A stretch of DNA of 64,000 nucleotides from the NCBI GenBank assembly GCA_963703345.1, contig OY969814.1:64001-128000 (forward strand), read 5' to 3'. The notes below the pieces were generated by a model. The model searched no databases and was not told where the DNA came from. It was given only the letters and a program-made list of their open reading frames with translations. The DNA is from an uncultured Chloroflexia bacterium (lineage in GTDB: Bacteria > Chloroflexota > Dehalococcoidia > DSTF01 > JALHUB01). Both the position numbers and the translations under genes were made by a program. Below are positions 47,260-60,858 of this stretch, one piece after another (position 1 is the stretch's first letter; every line of letters starts with the position of its first letter).

Positions 47260-47730
47260 ATGCCAAGGCGGGCCAAGGTTGTCAGACGCATAATAGCGCC
47301 GGACGCCAAGTACCAGAGCGAAGACCTTGCGAAGTTCATCAACCGCATCATGTATAGCGGGAAGAAGAGCACGGCGGAGCGCCTCGTTTACAGGTCGATG
47401 GATTTGCTGGAGGCGCAGAACCGCCGCAACCCTATCGACACGTTCGAGCAGGCGCTGCGAAACGTGACGCCGGTCGTCGAGGTGAAGCCGCGACGCGTCG
47501 GCGGCGCGACCTATCAGGTGCCCGTGGACATTCGGCCCGAAAGGCGGGCGACGCTGGCCATGCGTTGGCTAATCGCCTCCGCCCGCGCTCGCAAAGGGCA
47601 TTCGATGGCGGAGAAGCTGGCTGCGGAGCTGGCCGACGCCGCCTCCGGCCAGGGCGCGACCGTCAAGAAACGGGAAGACACACACAGAATGGCGGAGGCC
47701 AACCGGGCCTTCGTCCACTATCGCTGGTAA
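47260..47730 (+). CDS. rpsG: 30S ribosomal protein uS7
   Basis: [26 protein letters not shown]. Confidence 0.98.
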   Translation: MPRRAKVVRRIIAPDAKYQSEDLAKFINRIMYSGKKSTAERLVYRSMDLLEAQNRRNPIDTFEQALRNVTPVVEVKPRRVGGATYQVPVDIRPERRATLAMRWLIASARARKGHSMAEKLAAELADAASGQGATVKKREDTHRMAEANRAFVHYRW

Positions 47731-47821
47731 TATCGCGCGGCGAACTCGCCACCATAACTGAGGGGCAATACCAAGAACATTGATCGCATCGACGAAGCCC
47801 CGTTCGCGGGGGATAGAGATC

Positions 47822-49909
<2,088 letters not shown>

Positions 49910-49954
49910 GGAGGTCCGGAGATCGTCAGGTTCTAGTGGACGGGGCAGCTTAAC

Positions 49955-50266
49955 ATGGTTTCAAGGCAGAAGATACGGATCAGGCTGAAGGGCTACGACC
50001 ACCGGCTCCTCGATCAGTCGGCAAGCCAGATTGTGGAGGCAGCGGAGCGAACGGGCGCAGCCGTGGCCGGCCCGATCCCTCTGCCGACGGAGATCAAGAA
50101 GTTCACGGTAATCCGCTCTCCGGTCATCGACAAAGACTCGCGGGAGCAATTCGAGATACGAACTCATAAGCGACTGATAGACATCTTGGAGCCGACGGCA
50201 AAGACGGTCAACACGCTGATGCGGCTGCAATTGCCGGCCGGCGTGGACATCGAGATCAAGCTGTAA
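49955..50266 (+). CDS. rpsJ: 30S ribosomal protein uS10
   Basis: [29 protein letters not shown]. Confidence 0.98.
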   Translation: MVSRQKIRIRLKGYDHRLLDQSASQIVEAAERTGAAVAGPIPLPTEIKKFTVIRSPVIDKDSREQFEIRTHKRLIDILEPTAKTVNTLMRLQLPAGVDIEIKL

Positions 50267-50925
50267 TGGAAATCGAAGGCATCATCGGCAGGAAGATAGG
50301 CATGACCCAGCTCTTCGATGAGAAGGGCGAAGTCCACGGCGTAACGGTCGTCGAGGCCGGCCCCTGCACCGTCGTTCAGGTCAAGAGCACCGAAACCGAC
50401 GGCTACCGCGCGGTCCAGTTGGGCTTGGGCACGGTGAAGCGAGTCAACGAGCCGATGAAGGGTCATTTCCGCGGCCTGGGCGATTTCCGCTACCTGCGCG
50501 AGGTGAAGGTCGATGACCCGTCGCAATGGAAGACGGGGCAGAAGGTCGGCGCGGCGCTTTTCCAGAGCGGCGACCACGTCAACGTGACCGGCGTTTCCAA
50601 GGGACGCGGTTTTGCCGGCGGCGTGCGACGGTGGGGTTTCCGCGGCGGACCGCGCACGCACGGTCAGTCGGACCGAACGCGTGCGCCGGGGTCCATCGGG
50701 CCGGGCAACTCGCCGGGACACGTGCGGAAGGGACTGCACATGGCGGGCCACATGGGCGACGCCCGCGTCACGGTGCGAAACTTGCGGGTCGTAGAGAGCG
50801 ATCCCGCCAAAGGGCTGCTCTTCATCGAAGGAGCGGTACCCGGCGGAAAGAATGGGCTCCTGCGCATCCGATTGTCGGCGAAGACGGAGCGCGCCCGCGC
50901 GAAGGCGCAAGCCAAGGCGCAGTGA
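50266..50925 (+). CDS. rplC: 50S ribosomal protein uL3
   Basis: KIGMTQ, SKGRGFAG, RAPGSIG, GAVPG. Confidence 0.97.
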   Translation: MEIEGIIGRKIGMTQLFDEKGEVHGVTVVEAGPCTVVQVKSTETDGYRAVQLGLGTVKRVNEPMKGHFRGLGDFRYLREVKVDDPSQWKTGQKVGAALFQSGDHVNVTGVSKGRGFAGGVRRWGFRGGPRTHGQSDRTRAPGSIGPGNSPGHVRKGLHMAGHMGDARVTVRNLRVVESDPAKGLLFIEGAVPGGKNGLLRIRLSAKTERARAKAQAKAQ

Positions 50926-50948
50926 GCGCGAGGGTGTTTGAGAGAGCA

Positions 50949-51776
50949 ATGAAACTGGAAGTAGTCAACAGGGAAGGCAAAGAGGTCGATTCGATCGAGG
51001 CGGATGCCGCCGTATTTGGAATCGAACCGAACTCGTTTGTCATCCACCAGGCGCTTCTGGCGCAACTCGCCAACAGGCGCGCCGGCTCAGCGAACACGAA
51101 GACGCGCGGCGAAGTTGCCGGAAGCACGGCCAAGATTCGGCGGCAGAAGGGCACCGGGCGGGCGCGCCTGGGTGCGGCGCGATCGCCGGCGATCCGGCAC
51201 GGCGGCATCGTCTTCGGGCCAAAGCCGCGCAGCTTTGCCCAACGCCTGCCGAAGCGAATGCGGCGTCTGGCCATCCGGTCGGTGCTGTCGGCGAAGGTCG
51301 CGGAAGGGTCGTTGCGGGTGCTCGACGCGCTGGCCTTCGAGCCGCCGCGCACGAAAGACATGAAAATGGTGCTGGAGGCGCTGGGATTCGACCGTTCGAC
51401 GCTGGTGGTCACGGAGAATTCGGACAGCAGCGTCAAGGTCAGCGCGCGGAACCTTCAGAAGGTTGACGTGCTGCAGGCGTCGTACCTGAACGTGGGCGAC
51501 ATGCTGTCGCATCGAGACGTGCTGATGACGGTAGGAGCGGTGCGACAGGCGGAGCGTCTGTGGGGAGGCGAACGGGCGCTTCGGCGCCAATCTCCGATTC
51601 CGGAGCTTGAGCCCGTCGCTGAGCGGCCTCCGTCTGCCCCAAGGCGGACGCGGCGCCGCCCGGCAGCGGTCGCCCCCGTCGAAGCGCCGGAGCCAGAGAA
51701 GAAGACCGTCGTGCGAAGGCGTCGTAAGGCCGCGCCCGAAGCGTCAACCGACGAAGCGGAGGCGGCGAATGCCTAA
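50949..51776 (+). CDS. rplD: 50S ribosomal protein uL4 with C-terminal extension
   Basis: KTRGEVAG, RQKGTGRAR, GGIVFGPKPR. Confidence 0.96.
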   Translation: MKLEVVNREGKEVDSIEADAAVFGIEPNSFVIHQALLAQLANRRAGSANTKTRGEVAGSTAKIRRQKGTGRARLGAARSPAIRHGGIVFGPKPRSFAQRLPKRMRRLAIRSVLSAKVAEGSLRVLDALAFEPPRTKDMKMVLEALGFDRSTLVVTENSDSSVKVSARNLQKVDVLQASYLNVGDMLSHRDVLMTVGAVRQAERLWGGERALRRQSPIPELEPVAERPPSAPRRTRRRPAAVAPVEAPEPEKKTVVRRRRKAAPEASTDEAEAANA

Positions 51777-52065
51777 GGAGCTGCATCCATACGCCGTCAT
51801 CCTGCGTCCGCTGGTCACCGAGAAGAGCACAATCCTTGCCGGCCAGAGCCAGTACGCCTTCCGCGTTGCCCGGGCCGCCAATAAGCATCAGATAAAAGCG
51901 GCCGTCGAGCTGGCCTTCAGCGTCGAAGTAAAAGCGGTCAACGTTATGAACGTGCGGGGCAAGGCGAAGCGCAACCGGCTGGGGTCAGGTTCTGCGCCGG
52001 ACTGGAAGAAGGCCGTGGTGACGCTGAAGCCCGGACACAAGATCGAGCTAATCGAAGGCGTCTAA
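51769..52065 (+). CDS. rplW: 50S ribosomal protein uL23
   Basis: PLVTEKS, ANKHQIK, WKKAVVTL. Confidence 0.96.
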   Translation: MPKELHPYAVILRPLVTEKSTILAGQSQYAFRVARAANKHQIKAAVELAFSVEVKAVNVMNVRGKAKRNRLGSGSAPDWKKAVVTLKPGHKIELIEGV

Positions 52066-52095
52066 TGACAACGATCACGACACGAGGCGGATCCG

Positions 52096-52923
52096 ATGCC
52101 CGTTAAGCAGTACAAGCCGACGTCGCCGGGCCGGCGCGGCATGACCGGCTTCACCTTCGAAGAGGTGAGCAAGAAGAGGCCGGAGAAGTCGCTGCTGGCG
52201 CCGCTGAAGAGCAAAGCCGGACGCAACAACCAGGGCCGGATCACCGTCCGGCATCGCGGCGGCACGAAACGGCGCCTGCGCATCATCGATTTCAAGCGCG
52301 ACAAGACCGGCGTGCCCGGTCGCGTCGCCAGCATAGAGTACGACCCGAACAGGACCGCGCGGATTGCTCTCATCCATTATCGCGACGGCGACAAGCGCTA
52401 CATCCTGGCGCCGCAGGGGCTGAAGACAGACGACGTCGTAGAGGCGGGCCCTGACGCCGAGATCCGGCCGGGGAACGCCCTGCCGATGCGCAACATGCCG
52501 ACAGGCACGTCTATTCATAACATAGAGCTGCATCCCGGCAGAGGCGGCCAGATAGTGCGAAGCGCCGGCTCCACGGCGCAGCTAATGGCAAAGGAAGGCG
52601 AGTTCGCTCTCGTGCGGCTGCCTTCGGGAGAGCTGCGGCGGATCCCTATCGATTGCATTGCGACGATAGGGCAGGTCAGCAACGTCGAGAACAGCATGGT
52701 CAAGCTGGGCAAGGCGGGACGCTCTCGCTGGAAGGGCCGGCGTCCGACGGTCCGCGGCTCGGCCATGAACCCGCGCGACCATCCGCATGGTGGCGGCGAG
52801 GGCAAGGCGCCGGTGGGCATGCCCGGCCCAAAGACACCCTGGGGCAAGCCCGCCCGCGGTCTGCGGACGCGGCGTAGGACCGATAGCGATAAGTACATTG
52901 TGAGAAGCCGGCACAAGGCCTAG
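52096..52923 (+). CDS. rplB: 50S ribosomal protein uL2
   Basis: [31 protein letters not shown]. Confidence 0.98.
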   Translation: MPVKQYKPTSPGRRGMTGFTFEEVSKKRPEKSLLAPLKSKAGRNNQGRITVRHRGGTKRRLRIIDFKRDKTGVPGRVASIEYDPNRTARIALIHYRDGDKRYILAPQGLKTDDVVEAGPDAEIRPGNALPMRNMPTGTSIHNIELHPGRGGQIVRSAGSTAQLMAKEGEFALVRLPSGELRRIPIDCIATIGQVSNVENSMVKLGKAGRSRWKGRRPTVRGSAMNPRDHPHGGGEGKAPVGMPGPKTPWGKPARGLRTRRRTDSDKYIVRSRHKA

Positions 52924-52932
52924 GAGCTAGCT

Positions 52933-53235
52933 GTGTCACGTTCGACGAAAAAGGGACCCTACGTTGAGCCCAAGCTGTTGAAGAGAGCGGACGCGATCCG
53001 TCGCTCCGGCCAGCGCACCGTCATCCGCACCTGGTCGCGCGCCTCGACGATCATGCCGGAGATGGTCGGGCTAACCATCGGCGTCTACGACGGCCGGCGG
53101 CACGTGCCAATCTTCATCACCGAGAACATGGTCGGACACAAGCTGGGCGAGTTCGCCATTACGCGGCTGTTCCGTGGGCACGGCGGTCGTTCCGCCCAGA
53201 CAAGCAAGGTCGTTCGCCAGGCGGGGAAGCGATAA
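52933..53235 (+). CDS. rpsS: 30S ribosomal protein uS19
   Basis: [21 protein letters not shown]. Confidence 0.97.
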   Translation: MSRSTKKGPYVEPKLLKRADAIRRSGQRTVIRTWSRASTIMPEMVGLTIGVYDGRRHVPIFITENMVGHKLGEFAITRLFRGHGGRSAQTSKVVRQAGKR

Positions 53236-53583
53236 ATGGAAGTAAGCGCCAGGGCAAAGCAGGTTCGCGTCTCACCGAGGAAGGTGCGCCTTGTGTTAGA
53301 GCACCTGCCCGGCAAGCGAGTGGAGGACGTCCTGAACATGCTCCGTTACATGCCCACGCCCAGCGCCAGACACGTTGAGAAAGTGGTGAAGTCAGCGGCG
53401 GCCAACGCCGAAAACAACTTCCAATTGGCACCCGGCGATCTGCGGATCAGGGCCGCTTACGCCGACGAGGCGCCGCGCTACAAGCGCATGCGACCGCGGG
53501 CGCGCGGCCGGGGGTCGCGCATCCTGCATCGTACCAGCCACATCACAGTGATTGTCGAAGAGGAGGAACAGCGTGGGTCATAA
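53236..53583 (+). CDS. rplV: 50S ribosomal protein uL22
   Basis: [26 protein letters not shown]. Confidence 0.97.
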   Translation: MEVSARAKQVRVSPRKVRLVLEHLPGKRVEDVLNMLRYMPTPSARHVEKVVKSAAANAENNFQLAPGDLRIRAAYADEAPRYKRMRPRARGRGSRILHRTSHITVIVEEEEQRGS

Positions 53584-54322
53584 GGTTCATCCCATCGGGT
53601 TCCGCCTGGGCGTCATCTTTGGCTGGCAGAGCAAGTGGTACGCCGACCGTCACTATGCCGATCTCGTCCACGAGGACCTTACCATCCGCACCTCGATCGC
53701 CAAGACGCTCCGCGACGCCGGTGTTTCTCGCGTCGAGATCGACCGCAACGCAAACATGGTGCTCGTCACAGTGCACACCGCCAGGCCCGGCATCGTCATC
53801 GGGCGCGGCGGCCAGAAGGTGGATGAACTGCGGCAGCGACTGGAAGCGCTGACGGGACGTCGCGTCCGCGTCAACATCGTCGAAATCCGCCAGCCAGAGC
53901 TTGACTCTACGCTCGTCGCCCGCAGCGTCGCCGAGCAGCTAGAGCGGCGCGTCTCGCACCGTCGGGCGATGAAGCAGGCGGTGACGCGTACAATGCAGCG
54001 CGGCGCCGAGGGCATCAAGATAATCGTCGGCGGACGACTTGGCGGCGCGGAGATGTCGCGTCGGGAGACCGAGAAGTCTGGACGCGTGCCGCTGCATACA
54101 CTTCGCGCCAACATCGACTACGGCACCGCCGAGGCGGCCACGACATTTGGTCGCATCGGCGTCAAAGTGTGGATATACAAGGGCGAGATACTCCCCGAGC
54201 CGAAGGCGACTCCCGTCGTGGAAGCGCCGGTGGCGGAGGAAGAGGCGCCCGTGGTCGAGGAAGCGGCGGCTCACGTCACCGAAGAGGCCGCGCCCGTAGG
54301 GGAAGAAACGGCATCGGAGTAG
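53573..54322 (+). CDS. rpsC: 30S ribosomal protein uS3
   Basis: [33 protein letters not shown]. Confidence 0.97.
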   Translation: MGHKVHPIGFRLGVIFGWQSKWYADRHYADLVHEDLTIRTSIAKTLRDAGVSRVEIDRNANMVLVTVHTARPGIVIGRGGQKVDELRQRLEALTGRRVRVNIVEIRQPELDSTLVARSVAEQLERRVSHRRAMKQAVTRTMQRGAEGIKIIVGGRLGGAEMSRRETEKSGRVPLHTLRANIDYGTAEAATTFGRIGVKVWIYKGEILPEPKATPVVEAPVAEEEAPVVEEAAAHVTEEAAPVGEETASE

Positions 54323-54325
54323 GAG

Positions 54326-54745
54326 ATGCTTCAACCGAAGCGAGTCAAACACCGGAAGCAGCATCGAGGGCGGATGAGGGGCCGCGCGCCCGGAGGAAAT
54401 GAGGTTACCTTCGGTGAGTTCGGCCTGCAGGCCCTCGAATGCGCCTGGGTGGATAGCCGGCAAATAGAGGCGGCCCGTCGCGCCATAACGCACTACGTTC
54501 GCCGCGGCGGCAAGGTGTGGATACGCATCTTCCCCGACAAGCCGGTCACGGCCAAGCCGGCGGAGACGCGCATGGGAAGCGGAAAAGGCGCTCCCGACCG
54601 CTGGGTCGCCGTCGTCAAGCCGGGGCGCATGCTCTTCGAGCTATCCGGCGTAAGGCCGGAGGACGCCCAGGAGGCCATGCGCCTCGCCTCGCACAAGCTG
54701 CCGATCGAGACACGCTTTGTCGTGAGAGAGCACGAGGGAGTATAG
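54326..54745 (+). CDS. rplP: 50S ribosomal protein uL16
   Basis: MLQPKR, QIEAAR, IRIFPDK, RMGSGKG. Confidence 0.98.
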   Translation: MLQPKRVKHRKQHRGRMRGRAPGGNEVTFGEFGLQALECAWVDSRQIEAARRAITHYVRRGGKVWIRIFPDKPVTAKPAETRMGSGKGAPDRWVAVVKPGRMLFELSGVRPEDAQEAMRLASHKLPIETRFVVREHEGV

Positions 54746-54746
54746 G

Positions 54747-54992
54747 ATGGCGCGCCGTCGCAAGAAGACCGTGTCGGAAGAGCTTCGCGCTCTTTCCGAT
54801 GAGGAACTGGCCCGCCGGCTGGAAGAGACCTACCGGCAGCTCTTCACGCTGCGCCTGAAGCTCTCAACGCGACAGCTTGCCAACCATCGCGAACTACCCA
54901 AGGTACGACACCAGATCGCCCGCATCAAGACGTTCCAGCGGGCGAGGGAACTGGCCGCGGCCTGGGAGGCGGCGCAAAGAGAGGTGAGCTAA
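54747..54992 (+). CDS. rpmC: 50S ribosomal protein uL29
   Basis: [21 protein letters not shown]; operon position. Confidence 0.93.
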   Translation: MARRRKKTVSEELRALSDEELARRLEETYRQLFTLRLKLSTRQLANHRELPKVRHQIARIKTFQRARELAAAWEAAQREVS

Positions 54993-54995
54993 GAG

Positions 54996-55490
54996 ATGTA
55001 CACTCGCCGGAAATCGCGAATGGGCATCGTGATAAGCGACAAGATGCAGAAGACGCTCGTCGTCGCCGTCGAGAGTCGCAAGCGGCATCCCCTGTACAAC
55101 AAGACGATGCGGAGCACGACGCGCTACAAGGTCCATGACGGCAACGAGCTTGCCAAGACCGGCGACATCGTTCGGATAGTTGAGAGCCGGCCGATCTCGC
55201 GGGAGAAGCGCTGGCGGCTGGCCGAGATCGTGACACGTCGCGAGGTGGCGGAGATTGCGCCGCGCGAGATAGACGCGTCGATGCTGGGCATCCACCGGCC
55301 GCACACGGAAAGCCACGCGGCAACGGCGGAAGCGGCTCCGGCTGAGGCGGAGATGCCCGCACCTGAGGAAGCCGTCGAAGCGCCGGTCGTCGAAGAGACG
55401 GAAGCGCCGACGTCGGAAGCGGAAGCTCCGCCGGCCGAACCCGAAAGCGAAGCGGAAGAGGCGGAACAATCGGAAGAACAGGCTGAGTAA
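54996..55490 (+). CDS. rpsQ: 30S ribosomal protein uS17 with acidic C-terminal extension
   Basis: [29 protein letters not shown]. Confidence 0.96.
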   Translation: MYTRRKSRMGIVISDKMQKTLVVAVESRKRHPLYNKTMRSTTRYKVHDGNELAKTGDIVRIVESRPISREKRWRLAEIVTRREVAEIAPREIDASMLGIHRPHTESHAATAEAAPAEAEMPAPEEAVEAPVVEETEAPTSEAEAPPAEPESEAEEAEQSEEQAE

Positions 55491-55858
55491 TGATCCAGAT
55501 CTATTCGCGCCTCAAAGTCGCTGACAACACCGGCGCTCGCCAGATAATGTGCATTCACGTCTCCGGCGGCACGGGGCGTCGCTACGCCCGCGTCGGCGAC
55601 GTGATAGTGGCCAGCGTGAAGCAGGCGCAACCCGGCGGAAGCGTTAAGAAGGGCGACGTCGTGAAGGCGGTCATCGTACGCACGGCCAAGACGTACGGAC
55701 GCAAGGACGGCTCCTACATCCGCTTCGACGACAACGCGGCCGTCATCCTCAGCGACAAGGAGAATCCCAAGGGCAGCCGCATCTTTGGCCCGGTCGCCCG
55801 TGAGCTGCGGGAACGCAACTACATGAAGATCGTCTCCCTGGCGCCAGAGGTGGTGTGA
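55490..55858 (+). CDS. rplN: 50S ribosomal protein uL14
   Basis: [24 protein letters not shown]. Confidence 0.98.
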   Translation: MIQIYSRLKVADNTGARQIMCIHVSGGTGRRYARVGDVIVASVKQAQPGGSVKKGDVVKAVIVRTAKTYGRKDGSYIRFDDNAAVILSDKENPKGSRIFGPVARELRERNYMKIVSLAPEVV

Positions 55859-55860
55859 GG

Positions 55861-56175
55861 ATGAACAAGATAAAGCGCGAAGACCTCGTGCTGGTCATCG
55901 GCGGCAGGGACCGCGGCAAGCAGGGAACCGTCCGCACCGTGTTGGCGCGTGAGGGCCGCATCATCGTCCAGGGCGTGAACGTAGTGAAAAAGCACCAGAA
56001 GCCGAAGGCCCAGGGGACCCAGGCCGGCATCATCGAAAAAGAGGCACCGATTAACGTCTCGAAGGTGATGCTTGTCTGCAAGAGCTGTCGAAAACCGGTG
56101 CGGGTCGGATTCGGCATTCGGCCCGACGGCCACAAGTCCCGCGTCTGTCGCAAGTGCGGGCAGTTTATCGACTAG
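55861..56175 (+). CDS. rplX: 50S ribosomal protein uL24
   Basis: GRDRGKQG, GVNVVKKH, EAPI; alternative GTG start at 55855. Confidence 0.96.
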   Translation: MNKIKREDLVLVIGGRDRGKQGTVRTVLAREGRIIVQGVNVVKKHQKPKAQGTQAGIIEKEAPINVSKVMLVCKSCRKPVRVGFGIRPDGHKSRVCRKCGQFID

Positions 56176-56184
56176 GAGCGACTG

Positions 56185-56730
56185 TTGGCGCCGAGACTGA
56201 AGGAGTTCTACCGCCAGGAAGTGACGCCGGCTCTGACGAAGGAGTTCGGCTACAGCAGCGTCATGGCAGTGCCGCGGCTGGAGAAGATCGTCGTTAACAT
56301 CGGGCTGGGCGAGGCGCTGCAAAACCCGCGCGCCCTCGACGCGGCCAGCGCCGACGTTGCGACGATAACCGGTCAGAAGCCGGTGGCGAATCGGGCCAAG
56401 CGGTCGATTGCCAACTTCAAGGTGCGCGAGGGCAATCCGATCGGCCTGAGCGTCACCGTCCGGGGAGACCGCATGTGGGAGTTCTACGACCGCCTGGTCA
56501 ACGCCGCTTTGCCGCGCATCCGCGACTTCCACGGGGTGTCGAACAAAGCCTTCGACGGGCGCGGCAACTACAGCGTCGGCCTGCGGGAGCAGTTGATCTT
56601 CCCGGAGATCGAGTTCGACAAGATAGACCGCATTCGCGGCATGCAAATAGTGATCGTGACGACCGCCCGCAGCGACGAGGAAGGCAAGCGCCTGCTGCAG
56701 TTGCTGGGGATGCCTTTCAGTCACAACTGA
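56185..56730 (+). CDS. rplE: 50S ribosomal protein uL5
   Basis: KIVVNIG, ITGQKP, LPRIRDF, FDGRGNY. Confidence 0.98.
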   Translation: MAPRLKEFYRQEVTPALTKEFGYSSVMAVPRLEKIVVNIGLGEALQNPRALDAASADVATITGQKPVANRAKRSIANFKVREGNPIGLSVTVRGDRMWEFYDRLVNAALPRIRDFHGVSNKAFDGRGNYSVGLREQLIFPEIEFDKIDRIRGMQIVIVTTARSDEEGKRLLQLLGMPFSHN

Positions 56731-56753
56731 GAGGCGAGTTAGAGGAGCAGGCA

Positions 56754-56939
56754 GTGGCTAAAACTTCGAAGATAGTCGCCTCCCGACGGCCGCCCAAGTA
56801 CTCGACGCGGCAGAAGAACCGCTGTCGTATCTGCGGCAGGCCGCGGGCTTACATGCGTATGTTCGGCATGTGCCGCATCTGTTTCCGCCACTTGGCCTTA
56901 GAGGGCCAGTTGCCCGGCGTCAAGAAGTCGAGCTGGTAG
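56754..56939 (+). CDS. rpsZ: 30S ribosomal protein uS14, type Z (Zn-binding)
   Basis: RCRICGRPR...CRICFR...PGVKKSSW. Confidence 0.96.
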   Translation: MAKTSKIVASRRPPKYSTRQKNRCRICGRPRAYMRMFGMCRICFRHLALEGQLPGVKKSSW

Positions 56940-56999
56940 GGGAGAGAAGGTGACTTCGTGCAGAGGGCAGCGGAAGTACTTTCCCGAGGGGGCGAAGGC

Positions 57000-57398
57000 A
57001 TGAACATGACCGATCCCATCGCCGATATGCTCACACGCATTCGTAATGCCATCATGGCGAGGCACGACGAGTTAAAGCTGCCGAGCTCAAAGATGAAGAT
57101 CTCCATAGCCCGCGTCCTCAAGGACGAAGGGTTCGTGAAGGATTTCGAAGAGATCGTCGATGGGCAGCGCCGCTTCCTGCGCATTCGCCTGGCTTACACA
57201 GGAAAGAAGGAACCCGTCCTGACGGGCCTTCAGCGCGTGAGCAAGCCGGGGCTGCGTGTCTACGTGCAAAACAGGGAGATCCCACGCGTCTACGGCGGCC
57301 TCGGAATCGCGATACTATCGACGCCGCAGGGTGTAATGACCGGCCAGGCGGCCTGGCACCGGCACATCGGCGGCGAAGTCATCTGCTACGTGTGGTAG
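57000..57398 (+). CDS. rpsH: 30S ribosomal protein uS8
   Basis: [30 protein letters not shown]. Confidence 0.98.
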   Translation: MNMTDPIADMLTRIRNAIMARHDELKLPSSKMKISIARVLKDEGFVKDFEEIVDGQRRFLRIRLAYTGKKEPVLTGLQRVSKPGLRVYVQNREIPRVYGGLGIAILSTPQGVMTGQAAWHRHIGGEVICYVW

Positions 57399-57423
57399 GA
57401 GAAACGAAGGAGCAAAGAGACGC

Positions 57424-57972
57424 ATGTCTCGGGTAGGCCGGATGCCCGTAACAGTGCCGGAGAAGGTGAAGGTCGAGATCGACGGCTGTCGCGTCACCGT
57501 GCGCGGTCCCGGCGGCGAGCTATCGCGCGAGGTCGCTCCGGAGATGGAGCTGCGGCTGGAGAACAACCAGGTGCTGGTCAGTCGCTCCAGCGACGCCCCG
57601 CGCGAACGAGCTTTGCATGGCCTTACCCGTGCGCTGATCGCCAATATGGTGACCGGCGTCGATAGCGGCTTTTCGAAGATGCTCGAGCTCCACGGTGTTG
57701 GCTACCGCGGCGAGATGCGCGGCGCGAACCTGGTGCTCAGCCTCGGTTACTCGCATCCGGTCGAGGTGTCGCCGCCGCCCGGGATCACCCTCCAGATGGA
57801 AGGGACGGGTCGGCTGCGCGTCCTCGGCAGCGACAAGGAGCAAGTCGGACAGGTGGCGGCGGACATCAGGGCTCTACGACCGCCTGAGCCGTACAAAGGG
57901 AAGGGAATCCGCTACGCCGGTGAGTACGTCCGCCGCAAGGCAGGCAAAGCTGGTAAGGCGGCTAAGGCTTAG
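57424..57972 (+). CDS. rplF: 50S ribosomal protein uL6
   Basis: [23 protein letters not shown]. Confidence 0.98.
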   Translation: MSRVGRMPVTVPEKVKVEIDGCRVTVRGPGGELSREVAPEMELRLENNQVLVSRSSDAPRERALHGLTRALIANMVTGVDSGFSKMLELHGVGYRGEMRGANLVLSLGYSHPVEVSPPPGITLQMEGTGRLRVLGSDKEQVGQVAADIRALRPPEPYKGKGIRYAGEYVRRKAGKAGKAAKA

Positions 57973-57977
57973 CGATA

Positions 57978-58346
57978 GTGGCTAAAGGAAAGACACCGGT
58001 CGCCGCCAGGCAGAGGCGGCATGAGCGCGTCCGCAGGAAGATACGGGGGACCGCTTCCCGGCCGCGACTCTGCGTGTTCCGCAGCCTGTCGCACATCTAT
58101 GCGCAGGTCATCGACGACGACGCTGGCCGAACGCTGGCCGCGGCTTCGGACGTCGAGAAGGCGGAGGCCGGGAACAGCGACGGCAAGAAGAAAATGGACG
58201 TCGCGGCGCTCGTCGGCGACCTCGTTGCCAAGAGAGCGCGGGAGAAAGGCGTCGAGCGGGTCGTCTTTGATCGCGGCGGCTACCGCTTTCACGGGCGCGT
58301 CAAGGCGCTCGCAGAGGCGGCGCGCAAGGCCGGTCTACGTTTTTAG
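57978..58346 (+). CDS. rplR: 50S ribosomal protein uL18
   Basis: [24 protein letters not shown]. Confidence 0.97.
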   Translation: MAKGKTPVAARQRRHERVRRKIRGTASRPRLCVFRSLSHIYAQVIDDDAGRTLAAASDVEKAEAGNSDGKKKMDVAALVGDLVAKRAREKGVERVVFDRGGYRFHGRVKALAEAARKAGLRF

Positions 58347-58358
58347 AGGAATTGAGCG

Positions 58359-58880
58359 ATGGTTTTTGAACAGGCAGCACCTCCAGAAGTCGAAATAGCC
58401 GAGAAGGTCGTCCACATCAACCGCGTCGCCAAGGTCGTAAAGGGCGGACGCCGCTTCCACTTCAGCGCCATCGTCGTAGTCGGCGATGGCAGGGGGAAGG
58501 TCGGCATCGGCATGGGCAAGGCTCGCGAGGTGGCGGAGGCGATTCGCAAGGGCTCGACGATCGCGCGCAAGAACATGAAGCAGATACCGCTCGCCGGCAG
58601 CACGATTCCGCATCAGATCGAAAGCAAGTACTGCGCGGCGAAGGTGCTCATGAAGCCCGCCGCACCCGGCACGGGCGTCATCGCCGGCGGGGGAGTGCGC
58701 GCCATTATGGAGGTTGCCGGTATCCACGACGTCCTGGCGAAGTCGCTGGGCAGCGCCAATCCGATCAACGTTGTCAAGGCGACGATGCTTGGTCTGACGC
58801 GATTGCGCCAGCCGGCTCAGGTGCGGGCGTCGCGACGGGCGGCGGCCAGAGGAGCGGAGACTGTCGGTGGCAGAGCTTAG
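58359..58880 (+). CDS. rpsE: 30S ribosomal protein uS5
   Basis: [23 protein letters not shown]. Confidence 0.98.
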   Translation: MVFEQAAPPEVEIAEKVVHINRVAKVVKGGRRFHFSAIVVVGDGRGKVGIGMGKAREVAEAIRKGSTIARKNMKQIPLAGSTIPHQIESKYCAAKVLMKPAAPGTGVIAGGGVRAIMEVAGIHDVLAKSLGSANPINVVKATMLGLTRLRQPAQVRASRRAAARGAETVGGRA

Positions 58881-59049
58881 GATTACCTGGGTGAAGAGCG
58901 CCATCGGTCACAAGGAGGACCAGAAGCGGACGATTCGCGCGCTGGGGCTGCGACGCCTCGGCCAGACCGTCGTCCATGGTGACTCGCCGATGATGCGTGG
59001 TATGATACGCAAGGTCAACCATCTCGTATCCGTGGAGGAGGCCGACTAG
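58867..59049 (+). CDS. rpmD: 50S ribosomal protein uL30
   Basis: [21 protein letters not shown]. Confidence 0.95.
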   Translation: MAELRITWVKSAIGHKEDQKRTIRALGLRRLGQTVVHGDSPMMRGMIRKVNHLVSVEEAD

Positions 59050-59501
59050 TGCGGCAGAATGAACTGCGGCCGGCCCCCGGGTCTCGTCATGCCCGAAAGC
59101 GGGTGGGACGGGGTAACGCCAGCGGGCACGGCACGTACTCCGGTCGGGGGCTAAAGGGCCAGAAGGCGCGCGCCGGCGGTGGCGTCAAGCGCGGCTTCGA
59201 AGGGGGCCAGCTTCCGCTCGTCCGGAGGATGGCGCGCAAGCGTGGCTTCACCAACGTCTTCCGCGTCGAATACGAGCCGATCAACGTCTCGCGACTGGCC
59301 CGCTTTCCTGCGGGGAGCGAAGTGACGGCGGAGACTCTCGCCGGCGCGGGCATCATCAAGGATACGAAGAAGCCCATCAAAGTGCTTGGTGACGGTGAGT
59401 TGAAGGCAGCTCTCACCGTGCGCGCGCAAAAGTTCTCGGCGACGGCGCGACAGAAGATAGAGGCGGCCGGCGGCAAGGTGGAGGAGGTGGCAGCGAAATG
59501 A
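59049..59501 (+). CDS. rplO: 50S ribosomal protein uL15
   Basis: RVGRG, GRGLKGQKAR, FEGGQ, KIEAAGG. Confidence 0.97.
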   Translation: MRQNELRPAPGSRHARKRVGRGNASGHGTYSGRGLKGQKARAGGGVKRGFEGGQLPLVRRMARKRGFTNVFRVEYEPINVSRLARFPAGSEVTAETLAGAGIIKDTKKPIKVLGDGELKAALTVRAQKFSATARQKIEAAGGKVEEVAAK

Positions 59502-60841
59502 CGCAGAGTCGCGCGAATCAGCCCGTCCTACCGCGACTGGCGCAGGCGCTGGTTCAGGCGTTCCAGCAGCCGGACATCCGGAAACGGCTGCTGTTCACCT
59601 TCTTCATACTCGCCGTCTTCCGCTTCGTCGCCCACGTACCGATTCCGGGCGTTGACTCACAGGCTCTCAGCGACGCCTTCGCCGGGAACGCCATTCTCAA
59701 CTATTTGAACCTGTTCTCCGGCGGCGCCCTGAGGAGGCTGAGCGTGGCTTCCATGGGCGTCTACCCGTACATCACTTCGACCATCATAATGCAGCTCCTC
59801 ATACCGATCGTGCCCTCCCTCTCGGCTTTGTCGAAGGAGGGCGAGCAAGGACGCAACAAGATTACTCTCTATACATATTGGTTGGCCGTGCCGCTGGCTA
59901 TCGTTCAGGGATACGCACAACTCCAGACGCTGCAACACTCGACGAGCGGCACGCCTGTGATCTCCCACATCGGTTTCACCGGCGGCGATCTCTTGCCGAC
60001 CATGGCGGCTCTGGCCTCCTTGACGGCCGGGACCATGTTCCTGGTCTGGCTCGGTGAGCTGATCACGGAGAATGGTATCGGCAATGGTATCTCGCTCATC
60101 ATCTTCGGCGGTATCGTTGCCGGCATGCCCCTCTATTTGCCGAGCATCGCGAGCTCATCGCTGGGGTTCGCCGGCATCGTGCTGCTGTTCATTCTCATCA
60201 TCCTGCTCGTCGGACTCATTGTCTACTTCTACGAGGCGCAGCGCCGTGTGCCGGTGCAGTATGCGCGCAGCCTCTTCCGCGGCGGACGGATGTACCGGCA
60301 GTCCGGTCAGACGCATATACCGCTGCGCGTCAACTCCGCCGGTATGATCCCGCTGATCTTTGCCTATGCGCTGGTCATCTTCCCGGCGACGCTCGCGAAG
60401 GCGTTCGAGACGTCGAGCACCACGTGGGTGCGCGACGTGGCTAAGTTCATCACCGGCACGTTCAGTCCAGGAAACGTGCCTTACTATGTGATGGTCTTCT
60501 TCCTTGTCCTAGCCTTTGCCTTCTTCTACACGCTCGTGATCTTCCAGCAGCAGAACCTGGCGGAGAACCTGCAACGGCAGGGCGGCTTCGTGCCCGGCAT
60601 CAGGCCGGGCCGGCCGACGCAAGACTACATCATGCGTGTGCTCGTGCGCATTACCTGGGCGGGAGCCATCTTCCTGGGGTTCGTGGCTATCGTCCCCTTC
60701 TTCGCGACGAAGTTCGCTAACACGCAGGCGTTGACCATCAGCAGCACTGGCCTTCTCATCATGGTCGGTGTTGTGCTGGATACGATGAAGCAACTGGAAG
60801 CGCAGCTTCTGATGAGAAACTACGCCGGATTCATTCGCTAG
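59498..60841 (+). CDS. secY: Preprotein translocase subunit SecY
   Basis: GVYPYIT, WLGELITENGIGNG, AGMIPLIFA, PGIRPG. Confidence 0.98.
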   Translation: MTQSRANQPVLPRLAQALVQAFQQPDIRKRLLFTFFILAVFRFVAHVPIPGVDSQALSDAFAGNAILNYLNLFSGGALRRLSVASMGVYPYITSTIIMQLLIPIVPSLSALSKEGEQGRNKITLYTYWLAVPLAIVQGYAQLQTLQHSTSGTPVISHIGFTGGDLLPTMAALASLTAGTMFLVWLGELITENGIGNGISLIIFGGIVAGMPLYLPSIASSSLGFAGIVLLFILIILLVGLIVYFYEAQRRVPVQYARSLFRGGRMYRQSGQTHIPLRVNSAGMIPLIFAYALVIFPATLAKAFETSSTTWVRDVAKFITGTFSPGNVPYYVMVFFLVLAFAFFYTLVIFQQQNLAENLQRQGGFVPGIRPGRPTQDYIMRVLVRITWAGAIFLGFVAIVPFFATKFANTQALTISSTGLLIMVGVVLDTMKQLEAQLLMRNYAGFIR

Positions 60842-60858
60842 GATATGAGGAAGGAATC

